From contig OZ024740.1 of assembly GCA_964016885.1 (NCBI GenBank), positions 198,214,001 through 198,278,000 of the forward strand: DNA of 64,000 bases, read 5' to 3'. Source of the stretch: Eledone cirrhosa. Its lineage: Eukaryota. This document shows, one piece after another, positions 50,852 through 64,000 of this stretch; within the stretch, counting starts at the first letter, position 1, and every line of letters starts with the position of its first letter. Under the pieces are notes generated by a model. That model saw only the letters and a list, made by a program, of their open reading frames with translations, was not told the origin of the DNA and did no database searches. The position numbers were made by a program, and so were the translations under genes.

Positions 50852-53800
50852 GTTTCTTTATTAGCCACAGGAGCACAACAGAAGGGGGCAAATACAAAGG
50901 GGGAAGTTTACATACAATAAAAACGTGTAAAATATTATCACAAATGCAATTTAAAAATTAATCGATTTTCCCCAATAGGGGGAGACATTACATATGGGTA
51001 ACACATACCCCCGGAAAAAAATGTGCAACCCTCATCTCCAGGAGTATGAAGAGTTTGTACCCCTTTCCTCTCCTCCTCTTTTTCCTCAACCTACAGGCTG
51101 ATATAGAGAGAAGGCCCATTCACTCGAGCCATTCTCGCCACTTTCACCCACCTTTCATAAAACTTGCTGGGGTACAGCACCTCTCTCTCCATCCTGATTC
51201 TTCTTCCAAAGTGGTATTTGAAAAAAGGAATCAGTTGTTTGCCGGAGAGAAAGGTGTCTGACCTCAGCCCTTTCAACCTTGTCCACCATACAACCTCTTT
51301 CGCCATAGCTATCACACAAAGGAAAACCGCGTCTCCTTCGTTTTTGAAGGAGGGTGGCGGTTTGATCATGGCAATGGACTCGGTGGTCAACCGGATTGGT
51401 CCCACCCGCGCCAATAGTCGTTCTACATAGCCCCACAGGTCGGTGACGCCCGGGCAGTGTACGAATGCGTGCGCGACGGTTTCTTCGTCTCGCACGCACC
51501 TCGGACAGATCTTTTTTGCAGGGTCCCTGCCCGGGCGCCCATGTCTGTAGATCTTGTCTCGAACTGGTAGAGCTCCTCGGTAGCACTGCCAGGCCAGGGA
51601 CTTTTGGAAGTTGTCCATCCGTCCCGGGCGGAAGGTTCTACCGAACAGACTGGCCAGTTCGTCTTCCTCTACGCCCAGAGTTTCACCGAGCGCGTCGTCG
51701 CACTTGCTGCAGATCAACCCTCTATAGAATGACGAAGTGGAGTCTCCACTGATTGCTCGGTCCGCCTGCCAGAGGGCTGTGAGCGCCTGAGCACATTCGA
51801 TGTGCCAGTCACCCATTTTCCTCGGTATTTGCTTGACCCAGGACTGCAGCTCGGTCAGCGAGACTAGTCCTGGGAAGGTTCGCCTCACTAACGGGGCCCA
51901 CACCGGTTGTCCGGTGAGGAATACGTAGAGATGGCGCAACCTGAGCGCGTGTTTGCGTATCGTTAGCCACGGCATCCCCAGCCCTCCGTTGGAAGGGCGT
52001 TGGCAGCAGATGGCTCTTCTCACCAAAGGAGCTCACCTCTTCCAAATTAATTGGAAGAGCGCGCGCTCCATTCTGGCGAGCGTTTTGGCTGGACAAGGCA
52101 CGACGGTCAAGCCGTAGTAGATGGCGGACGCTATAAAAGAGTTCGCCACCTCCGCTCGACTTTTCAAGGATAGTTTGAACTCCGCCCACTTCTGGGTGAG
52201 TGCAAACACCTTGGCCGACACCTCGTTCCAGTTCTTCTCCGACTGGAGGTCCGGACCAAACCAGACCCCGAGCAGCTTTACTGGTCCTTCCGTCCAGCGT
52301 CCGACGACGCCATCGGAAGGCATCGGTTTGCCTCTCCACGATCCGAGTTGCAAACCGATGGACTTGTCCCGGTTCAGCTTCGCTCCTGTGAACCTTTCGT
52401 ATTCCTTCAGTAAGGTGCCGACCTCTCCGATTTGCGAGACGCTCGACACCACAACTGCAACGTCGTCGGCGTAGGCCGACGCCGCTTTCCGCAGTCCCGG
52501 GTCCAGTGGGATGCCCTGCAAAAGCTCCAACTTCCGCAGTAGTGGCTCGAGAGTCAATACGTACAGAAGGGATGAGAGAGGGCATCCCTGTCGAATGGAT
52601 CGCGTGATATGGAACGGCTCCGAGAGGTAGCCGTTCACCTTAACCCTTGAGCAGGTGTTGCTGTTATGTATTGCAGCAATCCAGCCCCTGAACACGGGTC
52701 CGAACCCTGCCGCCTCGAGCACCGCATCCAGGTAACGATGGTCAACCCTATCGAAAGCCTTAGACTGATCCAAGTTGATCAGGGCCCCACCGAAGTCGGG
52801 TTTAACCCTACCCTTTCTATGATGTATCGCATGAGATGGAGGTTGTCGTGTATGGACCTGGTCGGGATTGCGCATGTCTGCGCTTCTCCCACCAGGTTCT
52901 CGACGACAAGCGCCAGCCTCTTTGCCAACACCTTGGCCAAAATCTGTAACTCTGTGTTTAGCAGAGTTGTGGGCCGGAAGTTACCTAATCATCGCTCTTA
53001 TTCTCGTCCTTCCTGACTAGTGTGACTACGCCCCCGGTCACAGAACTGGGAATTCTCCCGTTCTGTTGCCAGTTGCAGTAGACCGCTTCCAGGAGACTGG
53101 AGAATAAGTCCGGCATTACTACGTAAAGTTCGTAGGGTAGACCGTCGAGACCTTGAGATTTGCGTTTGCCGCATTGGCTCAGCGCTTCCCCTATCTCAGC
53201 GGATGAAATCGGCCTTTCGCAGAACTTTTCCCCGCTGTCCGAGTGTCGCAGTAGGCCGTCGAGGTATGGACCGAAATCCAAAGCCCCTCCCGGCGCGCCG
53301 CCCTGCCCGAACAGCCGAGCAAAGTGTCGCTGAAAGGCTGCACACATCTGCTTCGGCTCACGTATCACACGTCCGTTTTGGTCCCTCAAAGACCGAATCG
53401 TGGACTTGTTGCCACTTTTTGCCTCCGTCACTTGGGCCCATCTAACAGCTTTGGCTCCCTCGTTTCCCAGAGCACGTATTTTGCTTCTGACAACGCAGCC
53501 CTCGTGATTTGCGTCGAAGAACTGGTCCAAGGCCGTTCTCGTTGCTAGCACGCTGGCTACGTTGCCACTTCTAATTTCTCGGTTCTATTTCTATCTAACG
53601 CTAATTCTTTACTAAAAACTAACGAGTCTAATCTAACTGCCCTCTTGAGAGAGTACCACCATCTGTTGTTGACAATGGCCCCGGTCAAGTGCTGTTTAAC
53701 TAAAGTGCTAATCCGTCTACTGTAGGCTTTGCATGTCGGTAACGACAAGTTCAGCTTCCAGTAGCCGGGTCCTTTTTTATGGTTTCTATCAAGGTTGACC

Positions 53801-54900
53801 ATGCAGGTCACTAGTTTGTGATCTGAATAGGCAACCATGAACATTTGTGGACAGCTTAACATGTCTCTATCCTTATTTCTAACTAGAACCCTATCTAGGT
53901 ACGATCTATATGTTCCGCTACGATTATTCCACGTCCACAGTGGCGCAGTCGGAAAATCTAGTCGATATCTATCGGCCAGGTCAAATCGGCCGATTAACTG
54001 TTTAAGGATGTTACACCCCCCTTTATCGGGACATGTTCCCACATAGTCCCAACGTGCATCTAGGATTCCATTCCGTCCCCTACTAAAGGCAAGGAGCGGG
54101 ACGTTCCCAGAAAAGTCTCTAGACGTTTGAAGATGTCTGGCCGCGGTGTCCCGGATTGGGCATATGCGGCCACCAGCCTGAAGGCTCCACCTTCACTACC
54201 GTCAACGTCTAGGACCACCAGTCGAGCTCCAGGTCCAGATGTACTGTCTGTGTTACGAGGCCCAGGTGTATCCGTAGCAAAACGGCAACTCCGCCCCCAA
54301 CCCCCCGGCTGACAGAGAGATACGTAGATCTCAAAGTCATCGAAGATGGGGGCCAGCTGTCGCTCGCTGTGCATCCTGGACTCGCAAATGGCTAGTACAT
54401 CCATACTGTGCGACCTGAGGTCGTTTAAGAGTTTGCCCTGTTTCCAGGGCATCCCCAAGCCGCGTACATTCACACACCCAACTCTTATATTGGCCATGTT
54501 TGTTCTGAAAAGTTAAAAGAGGAGAAGAAAACACTCACCTCCTCGTCTCCCGTGGATCAGGCCACACGGTTTCCATGGGGGTGTTAGAGGAGTTGTCTGG
54601 GTGGGTGGTGGTTTCCGGCGGGGTGGGGACGGAGATGTTTGGTGGGGTGGGGTGTCTCATGGTGTCTGTGGACTTTTTTAAAGGACGCGCTTAATGGGTT
54701 TAACACAAGGATTACCCACGTCCTTAGGAAAGTGTTCCTTTAAAGACTTATAGATAGATGGAATATAACGGTACTACTTTCGTCCATTCTCCTTACTTGC
54801 ACGCGTTGGGCGAAGTATCTTACTGGTTAAGCAACTAAGACTGTGAGACTCCGTTTTTGATAGTTTGCCAGTCCGTTGCATGGCTTACCCCCAGTGGCAG
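50852..54900 (-). mobile_element. L1/Tx1-type LINE: end of ORF1, complete but frameshifted ORF2 (APE-RT-zinc finger), 3' UTR
   Basis: MANIRVGCVNVRGL, DVLAICE, SYLDRVL, SDHKLV, GPGYWKLN, DQSKAFDRV, IRQGCPLS, YADD, CPRCVRDEETVAHAFVHC; AATAAA at 3' end (~50857-50862 on -). Confidence 0.93.
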
Positions 54901-55151
54901 CTGCTGCTGTGACGCATTTTTGGGAAAGGAAAATGAAGTGTTTTTCTCGAGGGCAAAACACATCATCCTGTCTGGTAATTAAATCAACGGATTTATGTTG
55001 GTGAGCTTACATATCGTCACTCAAAATATTTTAACATTCTTTAAATTGAAGCTCATAAATTTGTTTTTAGATGTTTGAGATTTTCTGTGTCAGGCCTGTA
55101 TCGACTCTGACAACATTATTCTTGGAATTAATCTGTAACAAACTGATCATA

Positions 55152-55245
<94 letters not shown>

Positions 55246-55309
55246 TTAACGTAATTTTCAAAGTGATTCAGCATGACTAAGTGTATAACAATACGGCCTT
55301 ACGAAACAT

Positions 55310-55445
55310 TTCTGGCAGATGATTGAACTGGAGCAACGGGATAAAAAGTGTCTTGCTCAAAGACACGACGCACCGCCTGGAAGCTAACATTTCATTTTAG
55401 ACTCGTAAGCCGAACATCATAGCCACTAAGCTGGGCACTTTCACA
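55310..55445 (-). mobile_element. Degenerate CORE-type tRNA SINE fragment
   Basis: ctggagcaacgg..aagtgtcttgctcaaagacac..gactcgtaagccgaacatcatagccactaagc (reverse tRNA-like head). Confidence 0.45.
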
Positions 55446-55577
55446 GTTTTTTATGGAAATATGGAAATACATGATCATATGTTTGCTGCTCCAATTTTAT
55501 CACCCTCCTCTCTCATTGGCTGATTTTTTTGTCTCATTTTACTTCCTCTTCATTCTTTAAAACATATATAAATAATG

Positions 55578-55794
55578 ATTTCTAGCATAGGCACAAGGCC
55601 AGTAATTAGGGGGGGGGGTGAAAGTCGATTAAATCGACCCCACTACGTTACTGGTGCTATATTTTATCGACCCCGTAAGGATGAAAGGCAAAGTTAACCT
55701 CGACGGGATTTGAACTCAGAACATAAAGGGCCATACCTCTGTGCCTCAAAGCATGTTGTCCGACGCTCTACCGATACTGCCAATCCGCCGCCCT
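55578..55794 (-). mobile_element. SINE family A variant with longer 3' part
   Basis: Reverse of family A head and centre; extra gtcgattaaatcgacccc segment before the tail. Confidence 0.85.
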
Positions 55795-55879
55795 TAATGC
55801 CCCACAAATAATACGATTAGTTTTGCTAATGTATGTATGAATGTAATTTTGTAGAGGGGAAACTGCAGAAACGTACCGC

Positions 55880-55929
<50 letters not shown>

Positions 55930-55933
<4 letters not shown>

Positions 55934-57640
55934 CTGGACATTCCGCACGCCATCTCACAGTCTGTGGTCTACTCCAATGCCACGGAACACCCGCCAAACG
56001 CCTTAGAGTCGAACAAAGAACTATCTTCATCTTACAGACCCCCCCCCCCCCTCGGCCTGAACTCCCCTCTCTTATTCCTTTAGCCTTCGACCGCCCCCCT
56101 CGCCCCACCCTTATCCCCCACTAACACCACTAACACACCCCTCCTTTTAACCGCCCACTCCACAACTAACAATACTAACACCTCCACTCCACCCCTCATC
56201 TGACCACCCTTCCCCAACTAACATCCCTCCCTTCTTCTCCTCCTCCCACCTCCTTATCACACGCACACACCCACCGGCACATATATACACGCGCTCACAC
56301 TAAACACACACCCTACTAACAGCACTAACCCTCACCCCCACACCTCCATCCCACCACCCCGCAACTAACCTCACTAACACCCCCTGACCCCAAGCACACG
56401 AACACACCCACCCACTTACACCACCCACCCCACACGCAACTAACATTACTAACACCGCCCAACCCCCACGCACACGTACCCACACACCCTCATACACCAC
56501 CAACTCTACACACCCTACCACCACTAACCCCCACTCACACCTGCATTCAACTCTTCCCCACCTCCCGTATACTAATACCCACTAACACCCCTTCATCAAA
56601 CTACACACACACCAGTACACCACACTCCCTCCATAGAACTACACACACCCTTCTCTCCCCGCTCCAACCACACCCTCGCTCCAGACTCACTCATCCCACT
56701 AACACCTCTACTAATACACACACACACACCCTCCTCACTCCAACTTTCACACCTACCCATCCTCGCCCCTTTACCATTTCACCGACTGCTGCTATGCCCT
56801 CTGACCACCTCCCAGCACAAACAGACACACAGCACTCCCACTGCTTGACCACTTCCTGTTGCGCGCGCACCCCACATCTCTCCTCTTCCGACCATCGCTT
56901 CATGGAATACTCGTATGTAGAACTTGACCACCACAGAATCCACTAAACATCATAGGATTTTACCAACTTTTCAACCATCCACTTACGTAATCACCTATAT
57001 AACTCCCCCACACTCACACCCCCAACAAATTTTTTTCTCCCCACACACACGTGCTTTCCACCACGTATTTACAACCTCAGCCTCCTGATTCCTATCCCCC
57101 CACCCCTCTATCCACACACGCACAGACACTTCGACCTACACCCCCCCCACCCACACACACCTCTTCCTGAACATGCAACCCCGTTCTTCCCCCAACCCTT
57201 ACTTTCACACACACACACACACACACGTACACCTACACACACACACCACCTTCAGCCCTCCCCGCTCGGACACCCCGTCTCCCTCTCCCCACTCCACCCG
57301 CCACCACCCCTACACACCCCACACCCTTCCACCACCTGTTTTACCCCCTTTTAATTTCAGTTTATTTTGATCATGCTTTTATATTTAAATTGATTTCATT
57401 CCTTGTATTTTGATCATGCTTTATTTTTATTTTTAATTTCATTCGCACCGTTTCCTTTCGCTATATGTCTCTCCACCACTCCCCTACACACCCTTTGAAC
57501 TCTGTTCCCACACACTTCTCACCTGAGGAAGGGCTTATGCCCGAAACGTCGTTCCCCACCAACACCCCACTCTCCAGACCGTGAAATTAATAAACATTCG
57601 TTGTACTGCCTCTCTGTTTTGTTCCTGTTCAAATTTTTCC
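55930..57640 (+). mobile_element. Decayed PLE 3' end (GIY-YIG tail, C/A-rich low-complexity 3' region, HHR)
   Basis: 55954-56040 translates LTVCGLLQCHGTPAKRLRVEQRTIFILQT, resembling PLE GIY-YIG C-termini; HHR and AATAAA at the end; flanked by (TA)n. Confidence 0.55.
57520..57553 (+). ncRNA. Ultra-minimal hammerhead motif
   Basis: AC-CUGAGGA-a-GGGC(UUAU)GCCC-GAAA-CG-UC/GU; palindromic ACGU stem III; AATAAA ~40 nt downstream; stem I weak. Confidence 0.65.
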
Positions 57641-57658
57641 ATTATATATATATATATT

Positions 57659-57693
<35 letters not shown>

Positions 57694-57769
57694 AATATAT
57701 ATAGTTGAAAATGAATGAACAAAACACAGGAGGTAATTGTACACAGGTATATTCGGTTCAGGCAGTTAT

Positions 57770-57937
57770 ATTAGGTTACTCCAGTTTCCCTCTACAAACT
57801 TCCATCCACAAGATATTGCGCAACTCGTTGATATACATCATAGTTGCCCAACGAGAAGTTACCTGCACAGCGGGACAGAGCGCAGAACTACGTAGTTGTG
57901 AAGCAAACGTCTTCAGCATACACCCAAGCCTGCACCT
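57770..57937 (-). mobile_element. Second tRNA-derived SINE family, degenerate
   Basis: - strand aggtgcaggcttgggtgtatgctgaagacgtttgcttcacaactac..gtcccgctgtgc..ttgggcaact..cttgtggatggaagtttgtagagggaaactg. Confidence 0.55.
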
Positions 57938-58044
57938 ACTGCCAGTTTCCTTCCTGCTACCGCACTCCTATTCTCACTCTTGTGTTCTTTCCTTTACTGG
58001 TTTAACTACACATATTCTTCACCTCAACTCACTCTCATTTTTTT

Positions 58045-58230
58045 TGGCAGTATCGGTACAGGGTCGGACGCCATGCTTTCCAGCATAGAGTTACGGCCCT
58101 TGCCATTCTGAGTTCAAATCCCGCCGAGGTTAACTTTACCTTTCATCCTTACGGGGTCGATAAAATTCGATAAAATAAAGTACCAGTAATGTACTGGTAA
58201 TTGCTGGCCTTGTGCCAAAAGTAGAAACAA
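58045..58230 (+). mobile_element. SINE family A
   Basis: tggcagtatcggtacagggtcggacgccatg..ggccttgtgccaaaagtagaaaca; small internal duplication tcgataaaat. Confidence 0.9.
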
Positions 58231-58514
58231 TTATATCTCCCTCTTACACTTTTCTCTTGTCCACTACTGGTTTAATTGCGCACAACACTTATCTCCTCAC
58301 ACCATTCCCATTCTCACTCCCCCTTCCTCCTCTCATCTCTTTGTAAATAATAAACAGAATTTTCAAATTAAAATTGTCAAATGAATAATTGATTCACCAA
58401 CTATTTTCTTCATTCAATATTTCACTTCACTTCGTAAAATTTTCATTTAATGTATATTTTAGTGTGATTAAGTGTGTGTATATATATGTGTAGGTTATGT
58501 ATGTTTGTGTCTAT

Positions 58515-58700
58515 GAACATGTGTAATTTGCTATGTGTATATGTAAATTATTACCTATGTCTGTATGTGTGTATGAATATGTGTAATTTGCTATGTGTAT
58601 ATATAAATGATTACCTATCTCTGTGTGTGTAGGTACGTGTGTAACAATATGTGTAATTTGCTATGTGTATATGTAAATTGTTACCTATGTCTATGTGTAG
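58515..58700. repeat. ~60-70-bp minisatellite, 3 copies
   Basis: atgtgtaatttgctatgtgtatat.taaat..ttacctat at ~58519, ~58579, ~58649. Confidence 0.85.
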
Positions 58701-59110
58701 GTATGTGTGTATGATCTATTTATGTGTGTGTAGGTATGTGTGTTTGTATGTATTCTACTGTCAATGTGTGAGAGTGGATATATATAGAATAGCTATAGCT
58801 TACTCAGTAAATATATGTGAAACGTTGGTGTAATTCGTCCTGTGTGTGGATATGTGTATGGCTATATATTAGTGTGAGTAAGTTTGAATATGTGTAAGTT
58901 TGAATATTCTAGTATATTAGAGTGCGTGAGTGGGTATGGGGATACGTCGGTACGTATATGGCTGTATATATCCATGCACATATATATGAATGTATGTGTG
59001 GCTTTCTCCGTGTGTATTTTATTTTGATGAGTATATTTGTAATGGTTATAAAAGTGTATATAAACACACACACGCACACATACACACACACACACACACA
59101 CATATATATG

Positions 59111-59189
<79 letters not shown>

Positions 59190-60081
59190 GTGTGTGTGTG
59201 TATTTCTATATTTAATGTATATTTCAGTGTTATTGTGTGTGTTAGGGGAGTATTTATTGCTGTGTATACCTGAGTGTGGATAGAGGTACGTTTGAGTGCG
59301 TATGTGTTTGTGTGCAAGTGTGTATTTTGGTGTGAAGATTTATACTTAGATATTTGTGAGTTTATATGTATGTTGGATTATATATCAGTATGTTGGTGTA
59401 ACCTAGAGTGTGTGCGCGCACGTGTGTATGTGTACAACTATATGCATATATGTTTGAGAGTATGTTTATGTGTGCATTGTTGTGTAGTAGTGCGAGTACA
59501 CATGGATATGTATGTTTATAAATGAATGTGTGTATCTATCCGCATTTGTTAGTGTTTGAGTGCATGTATATGTGTGTGTGTGGGGGGGGGGTATGTGTAT
59601 GGATATGTATGTCCGGGTGTGTATGTTAAAATGTATTTTAGTGTGATTGAGTGTGTGCGTGTGTGTGTGTGTGAGGTTATGGTTGAGTATGCATGTGTCT
59701 GTGTTTGACGTGAATGTTCGTGGTTCAGCACAGAGGGTGTTTTCACGGCACACATTGTTTCCTTGGACAAGACAATATATTCCACATTGCTTCATTCCAT
59801 TAATCTGGAACAAAATAAGTCGTGCCTGTAATTCACATGGTCAGCATTGCCACACACCGTACCAAGCTGTGTCACCCTGAGAATTGTACAAAAGATTCAG
59901 GTTTTTATGTATTGCTAAGCTACTTGCACGTTAATTTCATCATCTGGCTGCTCCGTTTGTCAAGCAACTGGAACAATCATCGTCGAAACCGACGAAGTAT
60001 CAACAACAGCAACAACAACTTGTTATTGAATATGCAAAAGTATAAGTCGGTATGATTCTGGAGTATTTATGTGCATATATT

Positions 60082-60262
60082 GTTGCTACTTTTGGTACAA
60101 GGCCAACAAATAACCAGTGCATTACTGGTACTTTATTTTATCTACCCCGTAAGGATGAAAGGCAAAGTTAACCTCGGCGGGATTTCAACTCAGACCGTAA
60201 AGGGACGTAACTATGTTGGAAAGCATGGCGTCCGACCTTCTACTGATACTGCCAATCCCTCT
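60082..60262 (-). mobile_element. SINE family A
   Basis: Reverse complement of family A; short flanking repeat tgcatatat. Confidence 0.88.
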
Positions 60263-61183
60263 TAATTGCATATATGTGTGTTTGTGTGTTTATAAATAAG
60301 GACATGCGTATATACACATACATCCATGTTTTACTCTCTCGTTCTATTCCCCCTCTTTCTCTTATTCTTTTTCTATCTCTCTCTCTCACTCCAATTTTCT
60401 TTCTATTTCACTGGAAGTTAAATCCCATATTCTGACTTCTTCAATTCAACTGTTTATTCTCTAATTAAATTCTACCTTTCTCTCCCTTCCATAATTCTCT
60501 AGTTATCTGTTGTACCCACTCGATCTTTCTCATACTTTCTATCTCTACCTAGACCTCACTCTCAACACACCACATGTGGTCACTGCAAATAATCACTGCA
60601 AATTTTCATTCTGTATAACTTAAAAAAAGTTCCACTTTTGCCTTCACATTTTATGTTTAGTTTTTCTTCCTATTTATTAATAAACAATATTACTTTCTCA
60701 ATCTTTCTTTCCTAGTCTCTTACCCTCTTTTCTCTCTCTCTTTCCTTTACTCCATTCTCTCTCTCTATGCCTAATCGTCCTCTCTAATCCTCACACTCTC
60801 TATTTATTCATGCTTGCTTTTGTCTTTCTCTCTCGAACTTTCCTCTCTATCTAAGACTCCTTCTTCCTTCCTCTCCCCCTCTCCATCCCATAATTTGTTG
60901 GGTTTTTTTAATTGCAAAATTTACATTCAGTTCTCCACCTGCCATTATTTTAATAAATCTAATTCTGCTTCTAAATCTAACACATTGTTTCATAGATACC
61001 AGCGACATGCAGTATAGAAAAAGCAAAACTATTAGACTCAATGACGAAAGTAAACACAAACCCGTGCGCGCGCGAACACACACACACACGCACACACACA
61101 CACACGCACACTCACATACACATAAATACATACATGATTGTACGTACATAAACATTTACATATATTCATACACACACACACAA

Positions 61184-61239
<56 letters not shown>

Positions 61240-61242
<3 letters not shown>

Positions 61243-63945
61243 TAGAAGTGGTATTTAATTTGTTGGAAGTCTGACAAACATAAATATTTATAACTGATTT
61301 AGAGCACTCAACAAGTTTTTTGGGGAAATATATTCTAAGTATATATCTAATATTACGTGTATTTACGATTAATTAGTTGTTTAACATTCTTTTCTAATAT
61401 AATATTTTCTGTTATAAGTAGACAGAAAAATAAATAGATAGAAAAATAAATAAAATAAATAAATAAATAAATAAATAGATAAATAAAGGAATAGATGGGT
61501 ATATCGTGTTATAGATAATTGTTTTAATGAGTTATGAGGGATATTGGTTTTGTACTTAATGTAAGTAAATATTAAGATAAATTAAATTAAGTTAACTTAG
61601 TTATATAACGAAGTTATAGATTGGTTCAATAACATAAAATTTAAACATAACAAAGAATTAATTCAATTGGATATTGCAAACTACTAGTCCTCCATAACTC
61701 CTAATTTACTCAATAAAGCTCTTATCTATGCATCTAAACATACAGATTTATCTAGCGAAGAAATGCATATCATTTTGACCGCACGGAAAACTTTAATTGA
61801 ATTCAACAATCATCTCTGGACTAGAGCCGATAGAAAAAAATAATTTTGATATCACCATGGGATCATCAGACTCGGCGCAAATAACGAATCTTGTGGGGCT
61901 ATTTATTAATAATACACTGCATAGAAAAATACCAGAGATGACCGGTGGTTTATATCGTGATATGTTGCTTTTAATTGAAAATCATAGTAATTGTGAAATT
62001 AATAGAAAAAGAAAATCCATAATACAATTCTTCAATAGCTACAACCTTAAGTTAGAAATAGGGAATAACTATAAAATTGTTAACTTTTTAGACGTAACAT
62101 TAAAGCTTAACACAGGGCTCTACTATCCATTCCATGAAATTAATGAGAATCTAAACAATGTAAGTTTTAACTCTAATCATCCTAGATCTATCAAGAACAC
62201 TATTGTCATTTCTATCCAACAACGTATTTCACGCATCTCCGCTAATTTAAACATTTTTGACGATAAGGCAGAATATTATAATGAAGCTTTAAATCGAGCA
62301 GTCTATATAAATAAGCTTAAATACATCGACAACAGTGATAAGGCAAATAACCGTACTATTAATTATAATAAAAATAAAAATCTAACTTAAACTCTAAAAC
62401 TAACAGAAGAAATAGAACTAGAAATAATATTTGGTACTCACCCCCCATTCTCATTAAGCGTTAAAACACTTTTATCAAAGCTATTCTTTAAAGCACTAGA
62501 CAAATGTTTTCCTAAAGCCCACAGATACCACTCAATCTTTAATAGACATACTATAAAACTATCTTACTCTACTACAATGAACATAGCACAAGATATAAAC
62601 GGAATCTATAATATAAATTTAAACCCTAACCGAAATAACCAAAATAGCAGTAATATCTCTAGCAATATCCAACATAATAGTACCGTTCTGAATAACAACA
62701 CCTCCGCAAAATGCAACTGTAGAATTAAATTAAACTGTCCTTTACAAAATAAGTGTTTAGATAAGAATGTGGTCTATAAATGTACAGTTAAAACCAGTGA
62801 TAATATATTTAACTATGTAGGTGCAACTTCTACAGAATTTAAAAGTCGCTGAAATAATCACAAATGCTCTTTCCAAAGATTTGATAAAAATCTTCAACTT
62901 CTCTTTCAAACCTGATATGGAACTTAAAATGCAAATATATGGACTATTCATTAACTTGGGAAATAATATCATAAGCACCCGCGTACTAAAACACAGCTTA
63001 ATCTAGATTCTGCAAATTTGTGTGTTTAGGAAATTATTTTCATACTTAAATGTGAGAACTCTATTAATATAAGAACGAATTTATTTAGTTCTTGTAGACA
63101 TCGCCTGAATTCAACGTTTAGAACTATATATAAATTATAATGACACTTATAATATTTCTACTTATTTCCATAACAATCTTATCCACTTGGTTTTAATATA
63201 TTGATATCGCTAAATCATGTCTATAAGATTTACTATAATTTCACTTCTTAAAGTTTCTTAAAATATATACATATATAATTCTAATTTTTTTAAATTTTAA
63301 TTTAAATTTAAATTTTAATTGTAATTTTAATCTTAATAATTTTGAATTCTTTATTTTTTTATTTCTTTTTTTTTTATCTATTTTTAAAAATTACTTATTT
63401 TTTAAAAATTACTTATCTCTTATAAATTATTTTTAAAAAAAATTTCTCGAATTTTTAATATTTTTTCAATAACTTTTATTAGATTTATAACCACTAACTA
63501 ATTCTGGTTAAATATATCTTTCAACATTTATACTTATTTTGACAAAATAGTCTCATACTAACGAATAAATAAACAAAACTGGAGTTTTTTTTCCGTATCT
63601 TCCCATTTTAAAATATATAAATATAAATATTCTTATTAACTCAGGTAACTTAATTTAATTTAACTTAATATTTACTTACATTAAATACAAAACCAATATT
63701 CCTCATTAAAACAATCTATAACACGATATACCCATCTATTCATTTATTTATCTATTTATCTATTTATCTATTTATCTATTAATTATTTATTTATTTATTT
63801 TTCTATCTATTTTTCTATCTATTTTTCTATCTATTTATTTTTCTATCTACTATAAAATATTATATTAGGAAAGAATTTTAAACAACTAATTAATCGTAAA
63901 TACACGTAATATTAGATATATACTTAGAATATATTTCCCCCAAAT
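61240..63945 (+). mobile_element. Penelope-like element, decayed RT + GIY-YIG, with an inverted copy of its 3' region at the 5' end
   Basis: IQLDIANY*SSIT (motif A), FDITMGSSDSAQI, GGLYRD, VNFLDVTL, CNCRIKLNCPLQNKCL, VVYKC..NYVGAT..FKSR. 61321-61600 is the reverse complement of ~63650-63942. Confidence 0.9.
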
Positions 63946-64000
63946 TAACGTTATATGAGTTTTACTCATCCTCTTGTTAATTTCTTCTCTCTATATCTCT

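Noticed and set aside
56040-57340. C/A-rich tract with ctaacac motifs resembling telomeric or G-quadruplex repeats
   Set aside because: No regular TTAGGG period; looks like low-complexity PLE 3' sequence or low-quality consensus

Overview
AT-rich eukaryotic intergenic or intronic DNA made almost entirely of decayed transposons and microsatellites. The SINE families and (TA)n/(CA)n density suggest an octopus-like cephalopod, which is an inference. I found no convincing host gene. Contents: three L1/Tx1-type LINE segments (- strand); two near-full-length and one partial R4/Dong-type RLE LINE ending in (AAT)n; remnants of several Penelope-like element (PLE) families, including a 3.3-kb near-perfect palindrome of one PLE; about 10 copies of one tRNA-derived SINE, several with clean target-site duplications (TSDs); a probable non-autonomous Helitron; and mariner/Tc1 ends. 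The main hidden signal is about 15 minimal type I hammerhead ribozyme (HHR) motifs. Some lie in PLE 3' pseudo-LTRs and some in short non-coding units. One is a 465-bp, ~1.5x tandem retrozyme-like unit; others have a compensatory U3-A8 core or an enlarged stem II. Many sit in fold-back palindromes inserted in (TA)n. All structures were folded by eye and no searches were run.
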